NCBI GenBank assembly: GCA_963845565.1
Contig: CAWJSJ010000005.1
Location: 864,001 to 928,000 of the forward strand
DNA: 64,000 nt
Source of the DNA: an uncultured Methylomirabilota bacterium
Lineage (GTDB): Bacteria; Methylomirabilota; Methylomirabilia; Methylomirabilales; 2-02-FULL-66-22
Direction of reading: 5' to 3'
Shown: positions 19,931-29,717 of the stretch, in pieces
Layout of the letters: each line of letters opens with the position of its first letter
Numbering within the stretch: the stretch's first letter is position 1
The notes under the pieces: model-generated
The model's database searches: none
Told to the model about the DNA's origin: nothing
The model's input: the letters and a program-made list of their open reading frames with translations, nothing else
Program-made: the position numbers and the translations under genes

Positions 19931-20889
19931 GGCTCGAAGGTGTACACAACCGGCGGCGTGGGCTTCTCGTTGACGGTCAGGTGAAACACGTCGGGGCGGG
20001 CGTAATGGCCGGCCACGTCGAAGTCGAACCGACTGCGCGGGATCTCGTCCAGGTCCAGATCGGCGACCAGGACGCCCTCCCCGTCGTAGAGCGGACCGGC
20101 GATGACCGCGCCCAGCGGCGACACGACGGCACTTCCGCCCCGACACAGGACCTCCGGTTGATCGGCCAGGTCCTCCACGCCTTCCAGGTCCGGCGGGTAC
20201 ATGGCGCGCGTGACGAACTGGTTGCAGCCGAGGACGAAGCAGCGGCCCTCGCAGGCGATGTGCCGGAGCGTCGCCTGCCAGGTGTCGCGGGCGTCGGCGG
20301 TCGGGGCCAGGTAGATGTCCACTCCCTTGCCATACATGGCCATGCGCGCCAGGGGCATGTAGTTTTCCCAGCAGATCAGCCCGCCCACCTTGCCGAATTC
20401 CGTCTCCACCACCGTCAGCGTGCTTCCGTCGCCCTCGCCCCAGATCAGCCGTTCCGCCGCGGTCGGCTTGAGCTTGCGATGCAGGCCCAGCAACCGCCCG
20501 TCGGGAGCGAAGTAAAGCAGCGTGCAATACAGCGTGCCCCGCGTGAAGTAGCTGTCCCGCTCGATGACGCCGACCGCCAGGTAGGCGCGCGCAGCCTGGG
20601 CCGCCTCCCCGAGCGCGTGCGTGGCCGGACCCGGCACGTCCACGGCGTTGTCCCAGTACGCCTGCCAGGTGCGGCGCCCCGCGGGAGTACGGCTGCCGAC
20701 CACGCTGCCGAACCCGAGGCCCCGCGGATACGCAGGAATGAACGCCTCGGGGAACAGGATCAGCCGGGCTCCCCGCGCCGCGGCCTCGGCGGTGAGGCGG
20801 CAGGTCTTCTCGACGGTTGCTTTTCGGTCGAAAAGCACTGGGGCGGCCTGTACGACGGCAACTCGCACGACGGACGCGTCACTGGCCAT
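19927..20889 (-). CDS. nitrilase / carbon-nitrogen hydrolase
   Basis: catalytic triad contexts FPEAFIPAYP, HRKLKPTAAER..WGEGDG, ICWENYMP; C-terminal DVAGHYARPD. Confidence 0.93.
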   Translation of the reverse strand: MASDASVVRVAVVQAAPVLFDRKATVEKTCRLTAEAAARGARLILFPEAFIPAYPRGLGFGSVVGSRTPAGRRTWQAYWDNAVDVPGPATHALGEAAQAARAYLAVGVIERDSYFTRGTLYCTLLYFAPDGRLLGLHRKLKPTAAERLIWGEGDGSTLTVVETEFGKVGGLICWENYMPLARMAMYGKGVDIYLAPTADARDTWQATLRHIACEGRCFVLGCNQFVTRAMYPPDLEGVEDLADQPEVLCRGGSAVVSPLGAVIAGPLYDGEGVLVADLDLDEIPRSRFDFDVAGHYARPDVFHLTVNEKPTPPVVYTFEP

Positions 20890-21214
20890 GGGTCTCCTCC
20901 TGCGCGCCTGGCCAGGCGAGCATGGCTTGCAGCCACTCGCGAAGATGGTCGCGACAGGCCAGGACGTTGCAGTGCGATGGGGTCAATGGCGTCAACAAGA
21001 GGATCACGTCGGCGTCGGGGATGTCGAGAAGCGCCACGATGCCGATGGCTTCTCGTTCGCATTGATCCCTGGCCATCGCAAGCAACTGGATCGTTGACAG
21101 GCGATCGAGAAACTTTCGCCGCGCCCAGACGATGAGTTCGCCCACCGGGATCTGGCAGAAACACCGAGTCGGGGCCGGAATGATCTCTGTTGAGGCGACA
21201 GCCTCTCTGTTCAT
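20879..21214 (-). CDS. hypothetical protein
   Basis: 111-aa ORF with GGAGAGG RBS, overlapping the nitrilase start. Confidence 0.55.
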   Translation of the reverse strand: MNREAVASTEIIPAPTRCFCQIPVGELIVWARRKFLDRLSTIQLLAMARDQCEREAIGIVALLDIPDADVILLLTPLTPSHCNVLACRDHLREWLQAMLAWPGAQEETHGQ

Positions 21215-21261
21215 GCGCCTCTCCTTCCCCCGGGAATGCTCAGGGCCGGAGTGGGTCCGGT

Positions 21262-21769
21262 TCAGTCGGAGCCGTCACCGGGTTTGCCCAGGAAAACCCA
21301 CAGGCGCTTGGCGGCCCGCATGCACTCGGCGCGGTCGCGCAGGTGAGGCCGAGACGCCGGAACCACGCTCCCGGTGTGGAGGACGAGCTCCACCCGATAG
21401 ACGGGCTTCCCTTGGCGCTCCCGCTCCTTCGTCACGCGCACGTCCGCGACGGCGTCCGCCGGGTATTGCTCCACGGTGTGGCGGACCTGCCCGCGATGGG
21501 CGACCGTCACCGTGTGACGGGACGCGATCCACGACCAGGATGAACTGCGGTGCGCGCCAGCAGACCCAGGCGCCGGCCGCCACGGCGAGACCGCCGAGCA
21601 GCCCAAGAACGAGACGGGCCGAGGGCAGGAGCGATGCGTCTGGCGCCACCCACCCGAGCGCCACCGCAACCGCGAGCCCACCGGCCACCGCGACGAGACC
21701 TCCCCGCACCCAGCGCGAGCCGGGGGAATCCCGGATGAGAAGCCGGGTCGGTGTCTCCGTTATACGCAC
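21262..21769 (-). CDS. hypothetical membrane protein (two TM segments; apparent frameshift near 21515)
   Basis: N-terminal half in ORF 21275..21769, C-terminal half (YRVELVLHTG) in ORF 21262..21681. Confidence 0.55.
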
Positions 21770-21996
21770 GGCGTCTCCCGCGTGCTCGCCGAGCGGACCG
21801 GGCCGGTTGCTCCCGCGTCAGGCGGCCAGCGGGCCAAGAGTGTGCGCCCGCGGGCACGCATGGCCGGCGTCCCGTCGACTATGGCCGCTTCGATGGTCGC
21901 TCGTGCCGCCGGGCGAAGGGCGGGGTCAACCGCGGCCAGGTCCGCCAAGGCTTGGAGGCGTCTCACCAGCGTCGAGGAGGAGGGGAGGTGCTTCAT
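21760..21996 (-). CDS. small hypothetical protein or gene fragment
   Basis: helical ORF MKHLPSSS...QALADLA...GTPAMRARGRTLL. Confidence 0.35.
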   Translation of the reverse strand: MKHLPSSSTLVRRLQALADLAAVDPALRPAARATIEAAIVDGTPAMRARGRTLLARWPPDAGATGPVRSASTRETPCV

Positions 21997-22024
21997 CAGT
22001 TTCGCCTCGGCAGCGAGGCGCGGA

Positions 22025-22780
22025 TCACGGTTTCCGAAACACAAACACGCTGCCCAAATCCGAGGTCGCCGTGTACGGGGCCCGCTGAAAGTCGGCGAAG
22101 TGGCCGACCAGTTCGAACCCCTGCGCGCGGTGGAGACCCAGGTAGGTGTCCGTGCGGAGCGGGTAGAGCCACACGTCTCCTTCGAAGAGGGTGCGATCCC
22201 CCGCCACGAGACGGGTCAGGAAACGAACCCGGGTCTCCGACACATCGGAATAGTCGCGCAGGAACACCGCCTCGCCGGCCCCGAGCGTCCTGGGCCGAAA
22301 GGGATATGAGCCGTGAGTGAGGACATAGTCCCAGTTCACGACCTGGAAGGACCACAGACCGCCGGGCCGGAGGATCGTCCAGACCTCCGCGACGAAGCGG
22401 GTGAACTCGTCCTGGGTCAGATGGGGTGCGACGTTCCCGATACAGAAGACGAGGTCGAAGGGCGGGGGGAGGGTTCCGACGTCGCGGATGTCCGCGCAGT
22501 GAAAGGTTGGTCCCGGATACGTCCGACGGGCCACCTCGATCATGTGCGGGTCGAGGTCAACCCCCACGACTTGGAACCCATCCGCGACCAGCCGGCCGCA
22601 GTAGTGACCGGTGCCACAGCCGGCGTCGAGAATCCGGCTGGGCCCCGCCGGGATGTAGCTCTTCAAGAAAGCATAGACCTCGTCCCGGTACGGAAACACG
22701 GCCTCGTAGTATGCTGCGAAATCCGAGTAGAACCCCACGGCGCGCGCCTCCGGGTCGAGGGCGATACGGACGGAACTCAA
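22025..22780 (-). CDS. class I SAM-dependent methyltransferase
   Basis: ILDAGCGTG, VGVDL...MI..AR, FDLVFCIGN, LRPGG. Confidence 0.9.
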   Translation of the reverse strand: MSSVRIALDPEARAVGFYSDFAAYYEAVFPYRDEVYAFLKSYIPAGPSRILDAGCGTGHYCGRLVADGFQVVGVDLDPHMIEVARRTYPGPTFHCADIRDVGTLPPPFDLVFCIGNVAPHLTQDEFTRFVAEVWTILRPGGLWSFQVVNWDYVLTHGSYPFRPRTLGAGEAVFLRDYSDVSETRVRFLTRLVAGDRTLFEGDVWLYPLRTDTYLGLHRAQGFELVGHFADFQRAPYTATSDLGSVFVFRKP

Positions 22781-23877
22781 CAGGCGGAACGCCTGTGAAT
22801 ATACCCCATGGGCGGCGATTGTCCAATACTCGTCTGCGGGCGGTCGGGCGGGGGCGGGATGACCGGGGCGGCGATGCGAAAGAGCGGGAGTTGCTCCGGT
22901 TCGGTCTCGGTTTCATGCACCGGTGCCGGCATCTCGAAGTCTGCGTGGTCCGGAAATCCGTGCTTTCGCTTGAGGTCGCCGACCAGGGTGGCGATCCGCT
23001 CCTGGTAGGTGCGGTCCAGGAAGCCGGAGCGGGCAAAGCGAATCGCATAGCGCTTCGTGTGGTGCGGGAAATGTCGTTCCAGGAATGGAAAGAACGCCTG
23101 GTGCGCCGACGGCTTGAGGAAGAGCACGTTCCAGAAGAAGTGGGTCGCGCCATGCTCCCGGGCGGCGGCGATTACCGCCTCCAGGTTGGCGAGCGTGTCG
23201 GTGATGTCCGGCAGGATTGGGGAGACAGTGACCCCGGCGGTCAGGCCGGCCGCGCGCAAGACCCGCACGGCCTGTAGCCGCACCTCCGGCGCGGGGGCGA
23301 GGCACTCGAGAACACGGGCAAGCTGGCGGTCCATCGTGGTGACCGTCAGGTTGACGTGCACGCTGTTTCGAAGCGCGATCCGGCGCAAGAGATCGATGTC
23401 TCGAAGGACGAGGTCGCTCTTGGTCGTGATGGAGAGACGCAGGCCGCGGGCCTGGGTCATCACGTCGAGGAGGCTTCGGGTCACGCGAAAACGCCGTTCG
23501 GCCGGCTGATATGGGTCGGTGGCGGTCCCGAGAGCGACGCTCTGCCCCTTCAGGCGGCCGGCCATCAGTTCTCGCGCCAGCGTGCGCGCCGCGTCCTTCT
23601 TCACGAATATCTTTTCTTCGAAATCCTCCCATCGCGTGAATCCCATGAACTCGTGCGTGTAGCGCGCGTAGCAGTAGCGACACCCGAACTCGCACCCGCG
23701 GTACGGGTTGATCGTCCAGGTAAACGGCATGCGCTCGCTGGAGCAGCGGTTCAGGATCGAACGTGTGGCGATCTGCAGATACTCCGCGTTTCGCTTGGCG
23801 AGAAGCGAGCGCGCCTCGCGCGCCAGGCGCTCGATGCCCTTGGGTTCGGATGCGGGCTCCGACGACGGGAACGACAT
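22777..23877 (-). CDS. spore-photoproduct-lyase-like radical SAM protein (Rv2578c-like; start ATG at 23877)
   Basis: INPYRGCEFGCRYCYAR (CxxxCxxC), GTATDPYQPAE, ITTKS, PILPDITD. Confidence 0.9.
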   Translation of the reverse strand: MSFPSSEPASEPKGIERLAREARSLLAKRNAEYLQIATRSILNRCSSERMPFTWTINPYRGCEFGCRYCYARYTHEFMGFTRWEDFEEKIFVKKDAARTLARELMAGRLKGQSVALGTATDPYQPAERRFRVTRSLLDVMTQARGLRLSITTKSDLVLRDIDLLRRIALRNSVHVNLTVTTMDRQLARVLECLAPAPEVRLQAVRVLRAAGLTAGVTVSPILPDITDTLANLEAVIAAAREHGATHFFWNVLFLKPSAHQAFFPFLERHFPHHTKRYAIRFARSGFLDRTYQERIATLVGDLKRKHGFPDHADFEMPAPVHETETEPEQLPLFRIAAPVIPPPPDRPQTSIGQSPPMGYIHRRSAC

Positions 23878-24010
23878 GGCACACCTCGGTTCTGGCTTTC
23901 GACTGTTTACCCACAGCGCCGCCTCTTGCCGTGGTCCCCGGGCGATCCACACCCAGTCGACGCCCGCGGAGAGAAGGGTCGCGCTGCTGGCGGGACAATG
24001 AAGTATGAAT

Positions 24011-24028
24011 ACCAAACACATGTTTGGT
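24011..24028. promoter_or_regulatory. palindromic operator (LexA/SOS-box-like) directly downstream of a TTGACA -35 on the minus strand
   Basis: ACCAAACA-CA-TGTTTGGT; the core AAAC-N4-GTTT resembles GAAC-N4-GTTC; minus strand reads TTGACA-accaaacatgtgtttgg-TATTCA. Confidence 0.55.
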
Positions 24029-24166
24029 TGTCAAGTGAAACGCAAAACCCGCGCCCGCCGCTTGTCGCCAGGCGCAGCAGCGTGGTATCTTCCGCTCAGC
24101 GTTTTCCGGCGGTTCCCCTGACGCGCGACTCCAGGGAGGTATCCTGCGGCGCAAAGGAGGTTCCCT

Positions 24167-25357
24167 GTGGCAGGCGAAGGCGAAGTGGAGCACCTCAAGC
24201 GACAGGTGCAAGCCGAGATGGACCGACTGACGCCGGATCTGTTCGCCGTCAGTCGCTTCCTGCATGCGAATCCGGAACTGGCGTACGAGGAGCATCAGGC
24301 GGCCGAACTGCTCGCCGACGTCCTGGGGCAACATGGTTTCGCGGTGACGCGGGGCGTGGCCAATCTCCCCACCGCGTTCACGGGCGTGGCGGGATCGGGC
24401 GGGCCGCGGATTGCGTTCATGGCGGAGTATGACGCGCTCCCCGGTCTGGGGCATGCGTGCGGCCACAACCTGATCGGGACCGCCTCGCTCGGCGCCGCGC
24501 TGGCGGTGCGGTCCGTCCTGGATCGCACGGCGGGGACGGTGCTCCTGGTCGGGTGCCCGGCAGAAGAAACGGGCGGCGGGAAGATCGCGCTGGTCGAGGC
24601 GGGGGTCTTCGCCGGAACGGATGCCGCCATGCTGGTGCATCCCAGCAACCGGACGGAGATGGTGAAGCTGGCGCTGGGTATGCGCGAGCTGACGGTCGAA
24701 TTCTTCGGCAAGGCCAGCCACGCGGCGGCGGCCCCGGACCAGGGCGTCAACGCACTGGACGCGGTGGTGTTGGCGTACACCGGCATCGGCGTTCTGCGGC
24801 AGCAGGTGCGCTCCGATGCCCGGATCCACGGCATCGTCACGCACGGGGGGCAGGCCCCGAACATCATTCCGGAATACGCTGCCGCCCGTTTCTACGTCCG
24901 CGCCTTGGACCTAGCATACATGGACGAACTCTTCGGCCGCGTGGTGGCCTGCTGCGAGGCCGCGGCGCTGGCGACCGGTTGCCGCGTCCAGTTGACGCCG
25001 GGCGGCAAGGATTATCACCCCTACAAGCCGGTTTACGCTCTGGCCGACCTGTTCCAGCGCAACCTGGAATCGCTGGGCGAGATCGTGGACCAGGGACCCA
25101 TCGACCGGGAGCTGGGATCCACCGATGTCGGCAACGTGAGCCAGGTGGTCCCGACCATCCAGCCGATGATGCAGATCTGCCCGCGGGATGTTGCCTGCCA
25201 CATGACGGCGTTCGCCGAGGCGGCCGCCTCCGATGCCGGACACCGCGCCATGTTTGCGGCAGCCAAGGCGATGGCCATGACGGCGGTGGACCTCTTGACG
25301 GATTCCGGCGCCGTCGCGCGCGCCGCGGCCGAGTTCCGCGGCCAGGCCTCCCGCTGA
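24167..25357 (+). CDS. M20-family metallopeptidase/amidohydrolase
   Basis: HANPELAYEE, EYDALPGLGHACGHN, GCPAEE, GKASHAA, GVNALDA, GSTDVGNVS. Confidence 0.92.
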   Translation: MAGEGEVEHLKRQVQAEMDRLTPDLFAVSRFLHANPELAYEEHQAAELLADVLGQHGFAVTRGVANLPTAFTGVAGSGGPRIAFMAEYDALPGLGHACGHNLIGTASLGAALAVRSVLDRTAGTVLLVGCPAEETGGGKIALVEAGVFAGTDAAMLVHPSNRTEMVKLALGMRELTVEFFGKASHAAAAPDQGVNALDAVVLAYTGIGVLRQQVRSDARIHGIVTHGGQAPNIIPEYAAARFYVRALDLAYMDELFGRVVACCEAAALATGCRVQLTPGGKDYHPYKPVYALADLFQRNLESLGEIVDQGPIDRELGSTDVGNVSQVVPTIQPMMQICPRDVACHMTAFAEAAASDAGHRAMFAAAKAMAMTAVDLLTDSGAVARAAAEFRGQASR

Positions 25358-25398
25358 GGCATGGGCGCGATGGGTCCCCTTCCGTTTCCGGCGGCCAG

Positions 25399-26577
25399 AT
25401 GAACGTCATCGGCCTGATGTCCGGCACCTCGGCCGACGGCGTGGACGCCGCCCTGGTTGACATCCGGTCAGGGAGCGGACGGCCGACCGTCCGCCTGCTC
25501 GCCTTCGAGACGTTTCCGTACCCCACCGGCCTGCGGGAGCGATTGCTGGCCACGGCCTCTGCCGGCAACACCGCGGACGTCTGCCATCTGAACGCCTATC
25601 TCGGCGAACTGTTCGCGGACGCGGCCGTCGAGATTGCCCGACGTGCCGGTCTCTCCCTGACCGCGGTGGACCTGATCGGCTCGCATGGGCAGACGATCCA
25701 CCACCTGCCGGCGCCGAAAGCCGAGGGGACGCACCGGGTGCGGTCCACGCTCCAGATCGGGGCCCCGGCCGTGATCGCCGAGCGGACGGGCGTCACCACC
25801 ATCGCGGATTTTCGGCCGCGGGACATGGCGGCGGGGGGAGAGGGCGCACCGCTGACGCCCCTCGTCCACCACGTCCTGTTCGCCCATCCGACGCGGGGAC
25901 GGGCGATCCTCAATCTGGGCGGGATCGCCAACGTCACGGTCCTTCCCGCCGGGGCAGACGCCGCCGCGGTCACCGGTTTCGACACCGGGCCGGCGAACGT
26001 GCTGCTGGACGAATTCGTCCGGACGACGGGCCTCGCCGCGTGCGGCTACGATGCCGGGGGGCGGCTGGCGGCCGCCGGGGCGCCGGTGCCGGACCTGCTG
26101 GCGGAGCTCTTGCAGCATCCCTTTGTCCGACGCACCCCGCCAAAATCCACGGGACGGGAGACCTTCGGCCCGGCCTTCGTGGCCGGGTTTCGGGAGCGGT
26201 TGAGGCAAGCGGGGGCAAGCGCGCTCGACGGTCTGGCGACCTTGACCGCCTTCACGGTGCAGGCAGTGGCCGAGAACCTCCGGTCGTTCGTTTTTCCGGT
26301 GACGAGCGTCGGAGAAGTCGTGGTGATGGGGGGCGGCGCGGAGAACGAGACGGTCATGCGAGGCCTCGCGGACGCGCTGCCGACATGCGCGGTGGTCCGG
26401 GCCGAAGCGGTGGGGATGTCCGGGCGGGCCGTGGAGGCGGTGGCGTTCGCCGTGCTCGCCTACCTGACCGCGGCCGGGCAGCCGGGCAATCTTCCCCGCG
26501 TGACCGGCGCGCGGGAATCCCGCGTCCTGGGCTGCATCGTGCCGGGGCGAGGTTTCCGGGGGTTGGCTCATGACTGA
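25399..26577 (+). CDS. anmK: anhydro-N-acetylmuramic acid kinase
   Basis: IGLMSGTSADGVDAA, GSHGQT, DFRPRDMAAGGEGAPL, NLGGIAN, FDTGP, PPKSTGRE, EAVAFA. Confidence 0.95.
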   Translation: MNVIGLMSGTSADGVDAALVDIRSGSGRPTVRLLAFETFPYPTGLRERLLATASAGNTADVCHLNAYLGELFADAAVEIARRAGLSLTAVDLIGSHGQTIHHLPAPKAEGTHRVRSTLQIGAPAVIAERTGVTTIADFRPRDMAAGGEGAPLTPLVHHVLFAHPTRGRAILNLGGIANVTVLPAGADAAAVTGFDTGPANVLLDEFVRTTGLAACGYDAGGRLAAAGAPVPDLLAELLQHPFVRRTPPKSTGRETFGPAFVAGFRERLRQAGASALDGLATLTAFTVQAVAENLRSFVFPVTSVGEVVVMGGGAENETVMRGLADALPTCAVVRAEAVGMSGRAVEAVAFAVLAYLTAAGQPGNLPRVTGARESRVLGCIVPGRGFRGLAHD

Positions 26578-27314
26578 GGAGCGACGCTCGCCGTATTACG
26601 AAGCCGTCCTGCGACAACTCGACGCCGTCCGCGGTACCCAGGCCGAGTCCTTGGAGCGCGCGGCGCACGCCGTCTTTTCCAGTCTGCGCGCCGACGGCGT
26701 GCTCCACGTCTTCGGGAGCGGCCATTCCCACTCGTCTGGCCGAGGAGGCGTATCACCGGGCGGGCGGCCTGGTCCCGGTGAACGTGATCCAGGAAGTGTT
26801 CCTGACGCCGCTCACGCCCCCGCGGCTGAGCGGCCAACTGGAACGAGTGCCGGGCCTGGCCGCCCTCATCCTGGAGGGGCACGATCTGCGGGCCGGCGAG
26901 GTGCTGCTGGTCATCTCCAATTCGGGGATCAATGGCGTCCCCGTGGAGATGGCCCAGGAGGGAAAGCGCCGAGGTCTCACGGTGATTGCGCTCACCTCGC
27001 TCGCGCACTCCCGGTCGGTCCCGACACGCCACCTGGACGGCAAGCGCCTGTTCGAGGTGGCGGACATCGTGGTGGACACCTGCGGCGAGATCGGCGATGC
27101 GGCCGTCTCGTACCCTGGCCTGGCGGGGAAGGTGGCGCCCACCTCGCTGCTGGTGGGCAGCTTCATCATCAATTCCCTGGTGTGCCGGGTGGTCGAGCTG
27201 TTTCTGGCGGACGGTCTCACGCCTCCGGTATATTTGAGCGCCAATCTACCCGGGGGCGACGAGCACAACCGAGCCCTGGAAGCGAAGTACCGCGGGCGTA
27301 TCCGCGACCTGTGA
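26570..27314 (+). CDS. SIS (sugar isomerase) domain protein, apparent frameshift near 26735
   Basis: LHVFGSGHSH in one frame; AEE..RAGGL, ISNSG.N, IALTS, SANLPGGD in the next. Confidence 0.8.
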
Positions 27315-27341
27315 AACAGTGAGACCTGGAAGGGGAAGGGA

Positions 27342-28089
27342 ATGAGGCCCCGCATCGGAATCACGTCGTGGCACCGGAACGATGCTGACCGGCTCGAGCG
27401 TTGGAATGCAATTCGCGACACCTACACCGGAGCGGTCCGCGCGGCCGGTGGGCTTCCCATCATCTTGCCGATCGGAGATGACGATCCCGAATTGATCGAC
27501 GGGTATCTCGCTGCGGTGGACGGACTGCTGTTCACCGGTGGAGAAGACATCGCCCCGGCCTATTACGGCGAGGCGCGGGACGAGCGCTGTCAGGAGCCGG
27601 ATCCGGAACGGGATCTCTTCGAGATCCACCTCGCGCGTGCAGGCCTGGACCGGCGGGTGCCCGTGCTGGGGATTTGCCGCGGCCTTCAGGTCCTCAACGT
27701 CGCGGCCGGCGGCACGCTCTATCAGGACATCGCGTGTCGGCCCGGCACGGCGGGCTACCATTCCGCAAGTCTGGCGGATCGCGGACGACTGATTCATGGG
27801 GTGCGGCTGATGCCCGGGACACGGTTGCGCGGCGATCATGGGCGTGGCCGGGTCCGAGGTGACCAGCACACACCATCAGTTCGTCAAGGATCTGGCGCCG
27901 GGCTTCGTGGTGGGGGCCGAGAGCGTCGAGGATGGGATCGTCGAGGGAATCGAGGGTCCGGGCGATCCCTTCGCGGTGGCCGTGCAGTGGCATCCGGAGC
28001 GGATATACAAAGAGCGCGCGGAACACTTGGCGGTGTTCAGCAGTCTAGTGGAAGCAGCGAGGGAGCGCCCGATGCGGCGTGGGATGTGA
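27342..28089 (+). CDS. gamma-glutamyl-gamma-aminobutyrate hydrolase-like peptidase (C26, class I glutamine amidotransferase fold), apparent frameshift near 27830
   Basis: RPRIGIT, DGLLFTGGEDI, LGICRGLQ, then HHQ, DGIVEGIE, VQWHPE in the shifted frame. Confidence 0.85.
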
Positions 28090-28105
28090 AACGTAACACG
28101 TCAGA

Positions 28106-28159
28106 GAAAAACAGAAAGGCGAAGAGGCGCCGTGCGGCCTCCCCGCCCTTCTGTTTTTC
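28106..28159. terminator. bidirectional intrinsic terminator between convergent units
   Basis: GAAAAACAGAAAGGCG...CGCCCTTCTGTTTTTC inverted repeat with A/T tracts on both sides. Confidence 0.65.
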
Positions 28160-28169
28160 GCGTTACGCC

Positions 28170-29689
28170 CTAGAAGGGGATCTCCCGCCACGAGTAGCGC
28201 GAGAATCCGGTTGTGGCATACGTGGTCGAGGCCCCCAGGACGTCCCAGGGCCTCGTCGTAGTGCAGGCCTGCAGAACCGCTGCCGTTGATCTGCACGGTA
28301 GTTGCCCGTCAGGGCGCCGAAGACGCTGCCGTTTCCCGAGACCTGCATCGCGGCGCTTGGCGCATAGACGGCGCCGTAAAAATCGCTGTTGCCGTGAATG
28401 TTCACATTGGCAACTGTCGGAAGGCCGTAGATCAGCAAATTCGGCGGGAGGCCCGACAGGTTTGCGATTCCGTTACCGCCGATGTTGATGTCGGTGGTAC
28501 TGGTGTTCCCATCGCCGGTCACGTAGATTTCCACTTTTCCGGTTACGCACAGTTTGGCGCTTCCAGTGATTTGGATCGAGGAGTACAGGTACTTTCCCTC
28601 GGTCAGCGTTTGAGAGCATGCACCATGAGGATTGCCGGAGAGGGACAGTGCGCCCAGGCTCGTCATGCCCGCTGGAATGGTCACAGCCGGCAGATTCCAC
28701 GGCTGCGCCGCAGCGCTGGTTGCCCCGGTGATGGTACCGCCGGCCGCAATGCCCGTGGACGGGTCGCCGCCCGGCCCGACGATGGCTTGGCCGTTCACGA
28801 CGGTGTTTGCGGTGGTTGTAATGGCACCGGCAGCGATGGAGTCGGTGCTGACGTCGCCCTTCGACGGACCGATTATTTGCGGCGGATGAGGCTGCGGTTG
28901 TGGAACAACTCGTACAGTACGGACCGATACGGAGTTATAACTGTCGGTCATGGTGACGCCTTGGAGTGACACGCCGGTGACGCCGTGCGCCGCGTCCGCG
29001 AACGGATCGTTGGTGACCGACCCAATGTTGGGGACCAACTCTATACTAATCATCCGCCGGACGCTCTTTTGAATTCCCTCGCTTGTCACGGTCAGGATTG
29101 GCTGGCTGCTCGCCGACACCACGGTCGTTTCGCAGTTGTTGGCGGGGTCCCAGTACACGGGTAATGTCCCCGGATTTGCGGTGGTGTACGTGCCCGCGCA
29201 CGCGAGCGGGTTCGTGCCGCTGGCGCTATTCACCGCAAGCTGGATACGGGCCCATCCCCACTGGATCGCGTTGGTCGTTTGGATCGTGTTGTAATAGAGA
29301 TAACCGCTGGTAGCCTCCGCGGTGGCCGGAGACCCTCTCGTCAATCCGAAGGTGGGGTCCAGCGTCGGGATCGCGGCCTGCGTCTGCCCGGAAAGCACGT
29401 AAGCCCGCCAGGCGGCTCGTCGTCCCGACAGGGATTCTCGCGGCTGTCGGCGCGGTCGGACTCAGCCGCATCTTGGCCTCTTCCGTTCCTGCGTCGGCGT
29501 TGAAGAGGGCCTGGATACTTCGCGACTCGTTGGTGGCCACCTGATAATCGGATGCCGACAGACTGATCAGGGTCATGCTCATGACGAGCAACAAACCGAC
29601 CAGCAGGAGCGTCAGGACCAAGGCGACGCCGGGGGGCCCACCGTGGAGCCGGCTCCGTGACCGCGGGGACTGACGTGTCGTGTACGCAT
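28170..29689 (-). CDS. PilX-like type IV minor pilin with long C-terminal domain (apparent frameshifts near 29635, 29400 and 28290)
   Basis: G|VALVLTLLLV prepilin-like N-terminus lacking Glu5, QALFNADAG.EEA, C-terminal YSWREIPF*. Confidence 0.75.
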
Positions 29690-29717
29690 GATACCGACCT
29701 CCCGGTAGGGGTTCAGA

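Noticed and set aside
24457..26577. 706-aa apparent AnmK fusion
   Set aside because: The upstream part overlaps the M20 gene out of frame; AnmK begins at 25399.
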